Assembly (NCBI GenBank): GCA_001789695.1
Contig: MGAI01000035.1
Location: 2,274 to 66,273, forward strand
Length of the DNA stretch: 64,000 nucleotides
From: Candidatus Roizmanbacteria bacterium RIFCSPLOWO2_01_FULL_37_16
GTDB taxonomy: Bacteria; Patescibacteriota; Microgenomatia; UBA1406; GWC2-37-13
Direction: 5' to 3'
Positions 56,802-64,000 of this stretch are shown piece after piece (the stretch's first letter is position 1; each line of letters begins with the position of its first letter). The notes under the pieces were generated by a model. It made no database searches and had not been told where the DNA came from. It worked only from the letters and a program-made list of their open reading frames with translations. Both the position numbers and the translations under genes were made by a program.

Positions 56802-56860
56802 TCTGAGCTAGATCCTAAGGTTTTTCTAGCTCCACTAGAAAATGCTTTAGGATTTTTTAA

Positions 56861-57427
56861 ATGAAAAAAACCATAACATCTTCGCTATTTATATCAATTT
56901 TGTTATTTCTGCCAAGCTTTTTTCCGTCTATGGCCTATGCTCAAAAAACAGCAGAGAACTCTGCTGAACTTATAAATTATCAAGTTCAAGAGAATAGTAC
57001 TATAAGATTTATTAAAACAAAAATAGTGATTAAAAAAGTTTTAGACAAATACAATTCACCTCTGGCTAATTCAGCAGAAACCTTTACCTCAACTTGTATA
57101 GCTTTAGATTTTGACTGTTATTTGCTACCAGCAATAGCCGGATTAGAATCGTCATTTGGTTTATATGTTTATTCAAACTCTAATAACCCTTTTGGTTGGG
57201 GACGAGGACATACGCTCTTTCCTAACTGGAGTATAGCTATAAAAACAGTTGGAAAAAAACTAAAAGAAGACTATATAGATAAGGGAGCTAATTCTATCGA
57301 GAAAATCGCACCTATCTATGCAGAAAGCCCTACCTGGGCTTTAAGAGTAAGTTATTTTCGCCAGATTTTTGAAAAAGAAGAAACTAATATCAATTTCATT
57401 CTGACTGAAAAAGGAGTAAAATTATAA
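56861..57427 (+). CDS. Secreted glucosaminidase-domain-like protein (cell-wall hydrolase candidate)
   Basis: Signal peptide. LLPAIAGLESSFG...NNPFGWG resembles the LytD/FlgJ glucosaminidase motif (..AQ..lESgwG...nNlFGi). Paralogous to 58982-59578. Confidence 0.5.
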   Translation: MKKTITSSLFISILLFLPSFFPSMAYAQKTAENSAELINYQVQENSTIRFIKTKIVIKKVLDKYNSPLANSAETFTSTCIALDFDCYLLPAIAGLESSFGLYVYSNSNNPFGWGRGHTLFPNWSIAIKTVGKKLKEDYIDKGANSIEKIAPIYAESPTWALRVSYFRQIFEKEETNINFILTEKGVKL

Positions 57428-57476
57428 TTAATCTTCCTAAATTAGTTAACGGATTAAATATTTTTTTACCTGACTT

Positions 57477-58364
57477 ATGTATAGCTATAAATTAAATCGA
57501 TTAGCTAAAAACACAATCGAAATCGTCGTAGATGTTCCTAAAAACACAATTGAAGAAAAATATAAGACGGCATTTTCCAATCTTCTACAAAATTTGCAAG
57601 TTCAAGGATTTAGAAAAGGAAAAGTTCCTGCCAAAATAGCTGAAAAACATATTAAAAAGGAAAAGATTTATGAGGAATTGATACGAATATATTTTCCACA
57701 AATATACGAAGATATTATAAGAAAAGAAAGCCTTAAACCAATCATTTCGCCTAAAATTGAACTTGTCAACGCTAAGGAGATGGAGGACTGGCAGATTAAA
57801 ATATCAGTCGCGGAAAAACCAACCATAACCTTAGGTGAATATAAAGATATTGTTAAGAAGATAAAAGCTGAGCAAAAAAAGTCTGATATCTGGACCCCTG
57901 GTCAACAATCCTTAACTGATCAAACACAACAAATATCTGAAAAAGAAAAAGCTCGCAGACAACAGGAACTTCTTAATCAAATTCTTTCAGCCATACTTAA
58001 ATCAGTTAAATGTGAAATATCAGATCTGGTAATCGACGAAGAACTCAATCACAGACTAAGTAATTTACTCACTGATATCCAAAAAATCGGTCTTAATGTA
58101 GATTCATATCTGAAATCTAAAAATTTAACCCAAGAGCAACTCAAAAAACAATATAAAGAAGAGATTGAACAAACTTATAAGTTAGAGTTTATTCTTTCTG
58201 AATTAGCCGACAAAGAAAGTATAAAAGTGGAACAGTCCGATCTCGATAAATTATTTGCTTCGATTTCTGATCCAAAAGAAAAAGAATTAGCCAAATCTAA
58301 TTCATATTTCTATGCATCCGTCCTCAGGAAGCAAAAAACAATTGATTATCTTTTATCAATCTAG
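57477..58364 (+). CDS. tig: Trigger factor without a PPIase domain (295 aa)
   Basis: Ribosome-binding N domain with GFRKGKVP, then sequence resembling the helical C domain. No FKBP-type segment in between. Confidence 0.75.
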   Translation: MYSYKLNRLAKNTIEIVVDVPKNTIEEKYKTAFSNLLQNLQVQGFRKGKVPAKIAEKHIKKEKIYEELIRIYFPQIYEDIIRKESLKPIISPKIELVNAKEMEDWQIKISVAEKPTITLGEYKDIVKKIKAEQKKSDIWTPGQQSLTDQTQQISEKEKARRQQELLNQILSAILKSVKCEISDLVIDEELNHRLSNLLTDIQKIGLNVDSYLKSKNLTQEQLKKQYKEEIEQTYKLEFILSELADKESIKVEQSDLDKLFASISDPKEKELAKSNSYFYASVLRKQKTIDYLLSI

Positions 58365-58378
58365 TATAATATAGGCTA

Positions 58379-58942
58379 ATGACAAATACTATAGGTTCTA
58401 AATTTCAACATCCCAAACTTAAAAAAAATCAAAACAACCTCGAAGCTATTAAAGGTTTGGATCAATTCTTTGAGGATTATGATTCTGATTACAAGAAACA
58501 AGAGGATTATTTTTGGTCTTCCAGAGAAGAAAAAAAACCTATTTCGAAGTCAAGAAAAGAATTTTCTCTTTTTAACTACCAAAATTACTATGAACAAGAA
58601 ATTGTTAAAAAAGAGATTAAACAGCTTACAGAAGAAATAAGAAAAGAAATAGAACTTATCAAAAAAGCCGATAAATCATTGCTGCAAGAAGTCAAAGACA
58701 TCCATAAACTTACCCTTGACCAACTACCAGAAAAACCGGGTGTTTATCATATTCGTTTCTTTGAGATTGTTTTGAGTATTTTACGCTCACTCAGAGCTAA
58801 AATAGGTGAATCTCGCACCTGGCTGCAGGCGATGATTTCCAAAAAAAAGAAAAGAGGTTCGCTATTTGCCATAAGAAGTAAAAAACAAGGAACTCTATAT
58901 TCACTCTCTCAAGAACTTCAGTCTGCCAGAAGCGTACAATAA
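58379..58942 (+). CDS. Hypothetical protein (K/E-rich, coiled-coil-like)
   Basis: ORF with coding-like composition, 14 nt downstream of tig. No family recognised by eye. Confidence 0.4.
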   Translation: MTNTIGSKFQHPKLKKNQNNLEAIKGLDQFFEDYDSDYKKQEDYFWSSREEKKPISKSRKEFSLFNYQNYYEQEIVKKEIKQLTEEIRKEIELIKKADKSLLQEVKDIHKLTLDQLPEKPGVYHIRFFEIVLSILRSLRAKIGESRTWLQAMISKKKKRGSLFAIRSKKQGTLYSLSQELQSARSVQ

Positions 58943-58981
58943 AAGAATATCTAAGTAATTAATTAACTAAAAACTAACTAA

Positions 58982-59578
58982 CTATTCCAGATCCCTCAAA
59001 AACATATTAACCGCATACGCCCAGCTACCTTTTGAAGATGGAGTATACTTGGCCATAATTTTACTGGCAGTTGTTAAACCTTTATCTAAATATTCCTTTT
59101 TAATACCTGCCGCTACTGTTTTTATGGCATCCTGGTATGTTGGGAATCTTATTACGCTATTTCCATATATACCCCATCCCCAGCAATTGTGAGATTCAGT
59201 TGGAATAGCTCGACAAAGTGTAGATTCCTGCATAGCTATAGCTGGTAATAGTCTATAATCAAAGCCGTTTTTATCAGATTCTTGAACAATAAGTTCAGCA
59301 AAGTCATATAAAGGAGAGCCGTGTCTTCTAAAAAATGCTTTCAGATTAGCTGCTCTACCGTCAGTTAGTTTTGTTTCAATCGGAAGACTACTTGTATCAA
59401 ATGGTGCATTTGAATAGTTAAAATTTTTGGCTAGATTATAATCTTCTTCAATTTCAGATAATATTTTTCTAATGGCTTCTTCTTTTTTATTTTGTACGGA
59501 GAGGTTAATCAGTAATGTAATGTTTAATAGAATTAAGACAATGAAGGCAAAAAAATAAATCGTCAACTTCTTTCCCAT
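58982..59578 (-). CDS. Membrane-anchored glucosaminidase-domain-like protein (paralog of 56861-57427)
   Basis: N-terminal TM. LLPAIAMQESTLC...HNCWGWG...AIKTVAAGIKKEYLDKG parallels LLPAIAGLESSFG...NNPFGWG...AIKTVGKKLKEDYIDKG. Confidence 0.5.
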   Translation of the reverse strand: MGKKLTIYFFAFIVLILLNITLLINLSVQNKKEEAIRKILSEIEEDYNLAKNFNYSNAPFDTSSLPIETKLTDGRAANLKAFFRRHGSPLYDFAELIVQESDKNGFDYRLLPAIAMQESTLCRAIPTESHNCWGWGIYGNSVIRFPTYQDAIKTVAAGIKKEYLDKGLTTASKIMAKYTPSSKGSWAYAVNMFLRDLE

Positions 59579-59638
59579 ATTTTAAATATAAGAGAAATAG
59601 CGTTTATTGTCAACTGCGAGTCTTATAAATAACAACTA

Positions 59639-60187
59639 TTATTTTTGATAAAAGTAAGTTGGAAAAGGTTTCTGACTAATTTTTTTTCTAAGCTTATTTG
59701 CCCATTTGACGATTTTAAAACCGTGAGATATGACTAAAGTTTGTTGTTTTAATTCTTTATCAAATTTTGGTAGAAGTTGATCTATCATTTTTGGCATAAG
59801 AAACAGATAAACCACATTTGCCTTCGAGAGATCTACATTGAATATATTTTGAATTATAAACTGCGATTTAGTATCTCCTTTAATTTTTGCTAATAACCTT
59901 GCATACCAGATTAAGATTGGATTTACATCTATTCCTAGAGCATTTACTTTATATAAATTTGTAGCCTCTCGACAGACTCTTCCATCACCACAGCCTAGTT
60001 CAAAAAAGTTCAAATTTTTTTTTAAATTTGCTTGTTTTAATATCTGATTTATCACTTTTTGTTTAGTTGGAACGTAGGGTGAGCCCTTAATACTAGAATA
60101 GATAAACGAAATTGTTACTACCGCAAATCCGAATGCAAAAGCAAGTTCTGCAAAGATGGCGAGAAAGTACAAAAATAAAGCAAACAT
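59639..60187 (-). CDS. Class I SAM-dependent methyltransferase with N-terminal TM helix
   Basis: Motif I FFELGCGDGRV, followed by an acidic post-I residue (LGIDVN). Confidence 0.7.
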   Translation of the reverse strand: MFALFLYFLAIFAELAFAFGFAVVTISFIYSSIKGSPYVPTKQKVINQILKQANLKKNLNFFELGCGDGRVCREATNLYKVNALGIDVNPILIWYARLLAKIKGDTKSQFIIQNIFNVDLSKANVVYLFLMPKMIDQLLPKFDKELKQQTLVISHGFKIVKWANKLRKKISQKPFPTYFYQK

Positions 60188-60235
60188 ATATTTAGTATAA
60201 TATAATTAAGTCTTTTTTCAGCCTGCTAATCCTAA

Positions 60236-60309
60236 GCGTCCGTAGCTTAATTGGATAGAGCGTGTGGCTTCGGACCACAAGGTTGCGGGTTCGAGTCCTG
60301 CCGGACGCG
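60236..60309 (+). tRNA. tRNA-Arg(UCG)
   Basis: Acceptor GCGTCCG/CGGACGC, anticodon arm TGTGG-CTTCGGA-CCACA, T arm GCGGG-TTCGAGT-CCTGC. Confidence 0.85.
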
Positions 60310-60367
60310 CTTAGCGAGGTTCGCTTCCTTTTGGAGGCAAAAAATTGGCAAAATCTCGTAATCTAAA

Positions 60368-60440
60368 GGGTCACTAGCTCAACTGGTAGAGCAGCGCCCT
60401 CTTAAGGCGCGGGTTCAGGGTTCGAGTCCCTGGTGACTCA
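60368..60440 (+). tRNA. tRNA-Lys(CUU)
   Basis: Acceptor GGGTCAC/GTGACTC, anticodon arm GCGCC-CTCTTAA-GGCGC, T arm CAGGG-TTCGAGT-CCCTG. Confidence 0.85.
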
Positions 60441-60444
60441 CATT

Positions 60445-60527
60445 AGAACCTCTTGACGAGCTAAAGCGAGTTTTAGAGGTTCTTATGTCCTTCCGAAGCT
60501 CGAAAGAGCGAAGGGGGACTTTTCTTA
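60445..60527 (+). terminator. Two GC-rich hairpins plus T-run after tRNA-Lys
   Basis: AGAACCTCT...AGAGGTTCT (60445-60483). Then CCTTC-cgaa-GCTC-gaaa-GAGC-GAAGG (60489-60514), followed by GGGACTTTTCTT. The first loop contains GAGCTAAAGCGAG, reminiscent of GAGCTAAACGACGAG in the 8699/53978 elements. Confidence 0.4.
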
Positions 60528-60618
60528 AAAAAACTTCAGAGACAAGGCTAATTTTTTAAAAATTGAAGCTAAAAGTGTTCCACTCATCTCTAGCTAACGA
60601 TTTTGATAAAATCATTTT

Positions 60619-61215
60619 ATGTATAAAGCAATTCTTTTTGATTTAGGTGGTGTTTTGTTTACTAATGGAACAACAAAATTCATTGAGTCAGTAAGTTCAC
60701 GTTATTCTTTGCCAAAACAGCAAGTAAAAGAAGTAATAGACGGCAGGATAGGCACTTTATACAGGGAAACAAAGATAAGTCGGAATGAGTTTTGGGAAAG
60801 TGTTAAAAGAAACTTGAATCTTAAAGAAACCGCAGACCAATTAGAAAAAGAGTGGATAGACGCTTATGAGTTAATATCTGAAACCAAACAAATCATTCAA
60901 CATTTAAGTCGTCAATACAGCCTTTATTACTTATCGGATAATGTTAAAGAACGAGTTAACAGTCTAAATGCCAAGTTTAACTTCATTCAACTTTTTAAGG
61001 GTGGAATTTTCTCACATGAGGTTGGAGTCAGAAAACCAAATCCTTTAATCTACGAATACGCCATAAAGAAGGCAGGATGTAATTCTAATGAAATAATTTT
61101 TATTGACTATAAACCTTCGGCTTTATTACCAGCTGATAAAATGGGGATTACTACAATTTTTTTCCAATCATCTCAACAATTAAAGGAATCGTTGGTTAAG
61201 CTTGGAGTTTATTGA
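60619..61215 (+). CDS. HAD-superfamily hydrolase (subfamily IA-like)
   Basis: Motif I ILFDLGGVL, motif II LSDN-type, and the K...IDY region. Confidence 0.8.
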   Translation: MYKAILFDLGGVLFTNGTTKFIESVSSRYSLPKQQVKEVIDGRIGTLYRETKISRNEFWESVKRNLNLKETADQLEKEWIDAYELISETKQIIQHLSRQYSLYYLSDNVKERVNSLNAKFNFIQLFKGGIFSHEVGVRKPNPLIYEYAIKKAGCNSNEIIFIDYKPSALLPADKMGITTIFFQSSQQLKESLVKLGVY

Positions 61216-61315
61216 ATTTCAATCTGTAATTGACTGAAAGTATTATAAATTTTATACATATAAGCCTCTAATGAGTTCCATTCTGGGATGTCTTAACTCA
61301 CACCTATTTGTCTAA

Positions 61316-61510
61316 ATGGTAGAAAAAAATGAACGTTCTCGATTAGGTCGAATATATGATGCTATACGGCCATGGGCTATTGCATTTAGTATCGGTTTAT
61401 TAGCTATTGGAGTAACAGCTGCTGCACTAGATATTGCCGGAGATCAATTGATAGAGGCTTATCGTAGAGACAGAAAGCAGGGAAAACAAAAAAATCAAAA
61501 TAAATCTTAA
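61316..61510 (+). CDS. Small single-TM protein, hypothetical
   Basis: 64-aa ORF with one hydrophobic helix (WAIAFSIGLLAIGVTAAAL) and a basic tail. Its 3' end overlaps the convergent gene by 4 nt. Confidence 0.35.
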   Translation: MVEKNERSRLGRIYDAIRPWAIAFSIGLLAIGVTAAALDIAGDQLIEAYRRDRKQGKQKNQNKS

Positions 61511-63141
61511 ACTATTTCTTCTTTTCTTTGTCTGACAAAACTAATCCATTCCTCAACAATCTCAAACACAAGTTTAAAAGGAGCTTCAATCAGAAAATCA
61601 AAGATAAAGATAAAAAAGTTTAAGCGTGCTATCTCGGTACTGAGAAATTTTCCGATTGACAAAATCGGCATAAAGAAAAAATCCACCACCGGCGTTAAAA
61701 TACTCTCTTTTTCTTGTAGTCGATATTCGTTTACAATTTGTTTTATTCGGTAAGAAAAAAAAGTAACTAAGCTGACAAAAAAAATAAAAATTGCCTGACT
61801 AATTAAATTGAAATTAAGTAATGTCAGTAATTCATAAATGAGTAAAAGTGTAACAAAAAACGTGAAAGAGTAAAAAATGGTAAAGCCAAAAATTAAAACA
61901 GGTTTTTTTATTCGAGGTTGTTTAGGAATATAAGAAATTAGTGTTTCAAAAGATTTATCTTTATCGATGATATCGACTATTCTTTGAAAAATATTTTTTG
62001 TGTTCTCATCACCAGGAGTTCTGAAAAAAAGCACAATAACTGCCATCAGTATTGGCGGAAAGATGCTATTTATGATAATCGCAGCAGTGTTAACTTCGTT
62101 GTAAAAATATAAAGAGGCAGGATATTCAAGGATAAGCGCCAAAACCATTTTGGTTAAAAAAATATAGACAAAAGCTTTGATAGCAAGGTTTCTTAATCTT
62201 AGGCTAATCTGTTGATATTTTTCCCTACAAGTATGATCAACCTCAACCCAAAGTTTTTTTCGGTTTTGTATGATGTCTACCGCTTCAAGCTGTTTCTTTT
62301 TTATTATTTCAAATAGAATTAAAAAGGGAGGCATTTGTTTTTTGCTGAATTTGGCTAAATTATCAACGTAAGGACTGGTAATAATCGCATCTATTTTTTT
62401 AAAGATTTCTGGTAATTTAGTAGACAAACTATGCAGTTCTTCATCGCTAAACTCTTTAATCGTTTTATAAAAGGTTACAAAAAGATGATATCTTTTATAG
62501 GCGTTGTCACTTTTTCGATAAGATTTCTCGATTGAGACAAGGAAAAATGCGTCTTTTTGTTGTTCTGATAATCCATCTAGTTTTATTTTGTTATGTAGCA
62601 CTTGGTAGATATAAAAAGTAAAGCTTGAATTTCTAAGTGTAGCCTCTGGTTTTAAAGTTTCTTCTATCTCGCAAGTTGCTAGATCAAATAAAAATTGGGT
62701 TAAAAAATGTTGTTCTGATAAAACTCTTCCTGTTGAAATCAATTTTTTAAGAAGAATAAGTCTTTTTATAATGACCTGAATTTTTTTAATATCTATAGAT
62801 CCAAGGCTTTCGTTATCAAAATAACGAGCCCATAAAAGTTCTCTAAGTAAATTTTCTGCTTCATCAATGCCTTCAGGATTAATTGCCAATCTTCGCTTTA
62901 AGATTCTTTCAATTGCAGCCCGAAGTATCAGATGCTCTTCGCGGAACTCTACAGCATTTCTAACTCGTTCGTAGACAAGCGCTAAAAAAGAGACTGTCTG
63001 GGAAACCGTCAACTTGGAAAAGTCATCGGGTAAAGGTCTGGATTTTATCGATTTTAGGCTAGCCAAAAGCGCATGAGTGTATTTTGAAAGTTGGATCAAT
63101 GACTCTGTGCTTTTAGGCTTTTCGTTCATATTGAAAGACAT
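61507..63141 (-). CDS. Large membrane protein of unknown function (soluble N-terminal half, multi-TM C-terminal half)
   Basis: 544-aa ORF. About 300 aa are helical and soluble, followed by 5-6 TM helices. No family assigned by eye. Confidence 0.5.
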   Translation of the reverse strand: MSFNMNEKPKSTESLIQLSKYTHALLASLKSIKSRPLPDDFSKLTVSQTVSFLALVYERVRNAVEFREEHLILRAAIERILKRRLAINPEGIDEAENLLRELLWARYFDNESLGSIDIKKIQVIIKRLILLKKLISTGRVLSEQHFLTQFLFDLATCEIEETLKPEATLRNSSFTFYIYQVLHNKIKLDGLSEQQKDAFFLVSIEKSYRKSDNAYKRYHLFVTFYKTIKEFSDEELHSLSTKLPEIFKKIDAIITSPYVDNLAKFSKKQMPPFLILFEIIKKKQLEAVDIIQNRKKLWVEVDHTCREKYQQISLRLRNLAIKAFVYIFLTKMVLALILEYPASLYFYNEVNTAAIIINSIFPPILMAVIVLFFRTPGDENTKNIFQRIVDIIDKDKSFETLISYIPKQPRIKKPVLIFGFTIFYSFTFFVTLLLIYELLTLLNFNLISQAIFIFFVSLVTFFSYRIKQIVNEYRLQEKESILTPVVDFFFMPILSIGKFLSTEIARLNFFIFIFDFLIEAPFKLVFEIVEEWISFVRQRKEEIV

Positions 63142-63167
63142 TATATCATTAATACGTTGACTGAATT

Positions 63168-64000
63168 TTATTTTTTTTCTTTCGCTCCAAAAAGTAGTAT
63201 TTGCTTGGTTAATTCCTGTAGTTTTTTGGCTGTAACTTTTTCTGTTTTTGCTTCAACATTTAATCTGACAAGAGGTTCGGTATTAGATGTCCGGATATTA
63301 AATCTCCAGGAAGGATAATCTACCGAAAGACCATCAAGCCAAGAAATTTTGCCATCTTTGAATTTTTTACAAATATAGTTTAAGAGATCTTTTGAGTTTA
63401 GTCTTTCTTTTAAAATAAAATTATATTCACCAGATTCACTCGAGACTTCGACTTCCTTAGCCAGTAGAGAAAGCGGTTTATTCTCCTTACTGAGTATTTT
63501 AAGTAGTCTTAAAATGGTAAGAACAGAACTTTCTGCATAGCCTGTTTCTCGGTAAAAATAATGTCCAGACGACTCACCAGAAAAGATAACTTCATCTCGT
63601 ATCATGTGTTCAGTAATAAGTGCATGACCTACCTTTCCAATTATAGGTTTTCCGTTACTTTTTTCGACTGCGTTACTAATATTTCTGATATAACGAATAT
63701 CAATTAACACTTTTTCTCCAGGATTTTGAGAGATTATATCTTTTGCTAAAATAGAAGTAATCAGACTCGCCTTAACCAAATGTCCTTTTTCGTCGACAAA
63801 AAAAACTCTATCCCCATCTCCATCTGGCGCTATACCCAAATCAGCTTTTTCTTCGATAACTTTTTTTTCTAAATCAACTAGATTTTTAAGATCCATTGGA
63901 TCTGGCTGATGAGCGGGAAATCTGCCATCAAGTTCGAAATTCATTTTTTTCAGCTGGCAAGGTAGTTTACTAAAAAGTTCTTTGAGATAAAGGATTCCCA
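63168..64000 (-). CDS. Phosphoglucomutase/phosphomannomutase-family protein, C-terminal part (5' end outside window)
   Basis: DGRFPAHQPDP, GIAPDGDGDRVFFVDE (metal-binding loop), GESSGHYF, and the C-terminal domain. The frame stays open upstream of the Met at 63944 to the window edge (..GILYLKELFSKLPCQLKK). Confidence 0.85.
   Translation of the reverse strand, partial: GILYLKELFSKLPCQLKKMNFELDGRFPAHQPDPMDLKNLVDLEKKVIEEKADLGIAPDGDGDRVFFVDEKGHLVKASLITSILAKDIISQNPGEKVLIDIRYIRNISNAVEKSNGKPIIGKVGHALITEHMIRDEVIFSGESSGHYFYRETGYAESSVLTILRLLKILSKENKPLSLLAKEVEVSSESGEYNFILKERLNSKDLLNYICKKFKDGKISWLDGLSVDYPSWRFNIRTSNTEPLVRLNVEAKTEKVTAKKLQELTKQILLFGAKEKK

Overview
AT-rich, tightly packed bacterial chromosome segment. 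Almost all genes are housekeeping. Several proteins have reduced domain architectures: a half-length ATP synthase delta, a trigger factor without a PPIase domain, a ThrRS without the N-terminal TGS domain, and a short UvrC. With the unlinked 23S rRNA gene, this suggests a small-genome CPR/Patescibacteria-like organism; that is inference only. TGA and TAG act as stops, so the standard code applies.

Content, left to right:
- 3' part of dnaE
- a complete F1Fo ATP synthase operon (atpZ-like, B, E, F, H, A, G, D, C)
- topA, a four-helix-bundle ('23S IVS protein' family) gene, and ruvAB
- a rearranged tRNA-Leu(UAA) locus carrying a GIY-YIG gene
- a ~4.3 kb tRNA-flanked glycan island (GH29 fucosidase, dead transposase, alpha-galactosidase-like, GT4)
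- tRNA-Thr, tRNA-Arg, a Nudix gene and tRNA-Leu(GAG)
- an orphan substrate-binding protein, then secG
- a uvrB-uvrA-transglutaminase-like-uvrC block
- dedA, tRNA-Glu, yraN, rplS, pyrG, eno, ppsA
- tRNA-Ala plus a 23S rRNA gene with no 16S or 5S nearby
- a PilB/GspE-type ATPase, ruvC, gpmI, a PfkB kinase, recG and a class A PBP
- the thrS-infC-rpmI-rplT-pheS-pheT operon, then tRNA-Val
- tig flanked by two paralogous glucosaminidase-like genes
- a methyltransferase, tRNA-Arg, tRNA-Lys, a HAD hydrolase, membrane proteins and a truncated PGM/PMM gene

I saw no CRISPR array and no recognisable defence or toxin system. The unusual signals are all non-coding or architectural:
1. A GIY-YIG cassette is bracketed by a 38-nt duplication of the tRNA-Leu 5' half. 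The pseudo-copy carries a twin-hairpin insert at the classic U34/A35 intron site.
2. IVS-like AT-rich insertions sit at the 23S helix-25 and helix-45 sites. The helix-25 insertion has a close relative in the pheS-pheT spacer.
3. An IVS-protein-family gene sits in the loop of a heptamer-built (AGTATNN)n palindrome. The same palindrome family recurs in other spacers.
4. A GC-rich ~80-110 nt element occurs in the same transcriptional orientation inside two unrelated operons.
5. A leader upstream of thrS looks like an attenuator, with a 15-codon ORF containing ACC-ACC.

All coordinates and identities were worked out by eye and need computational confirmation.
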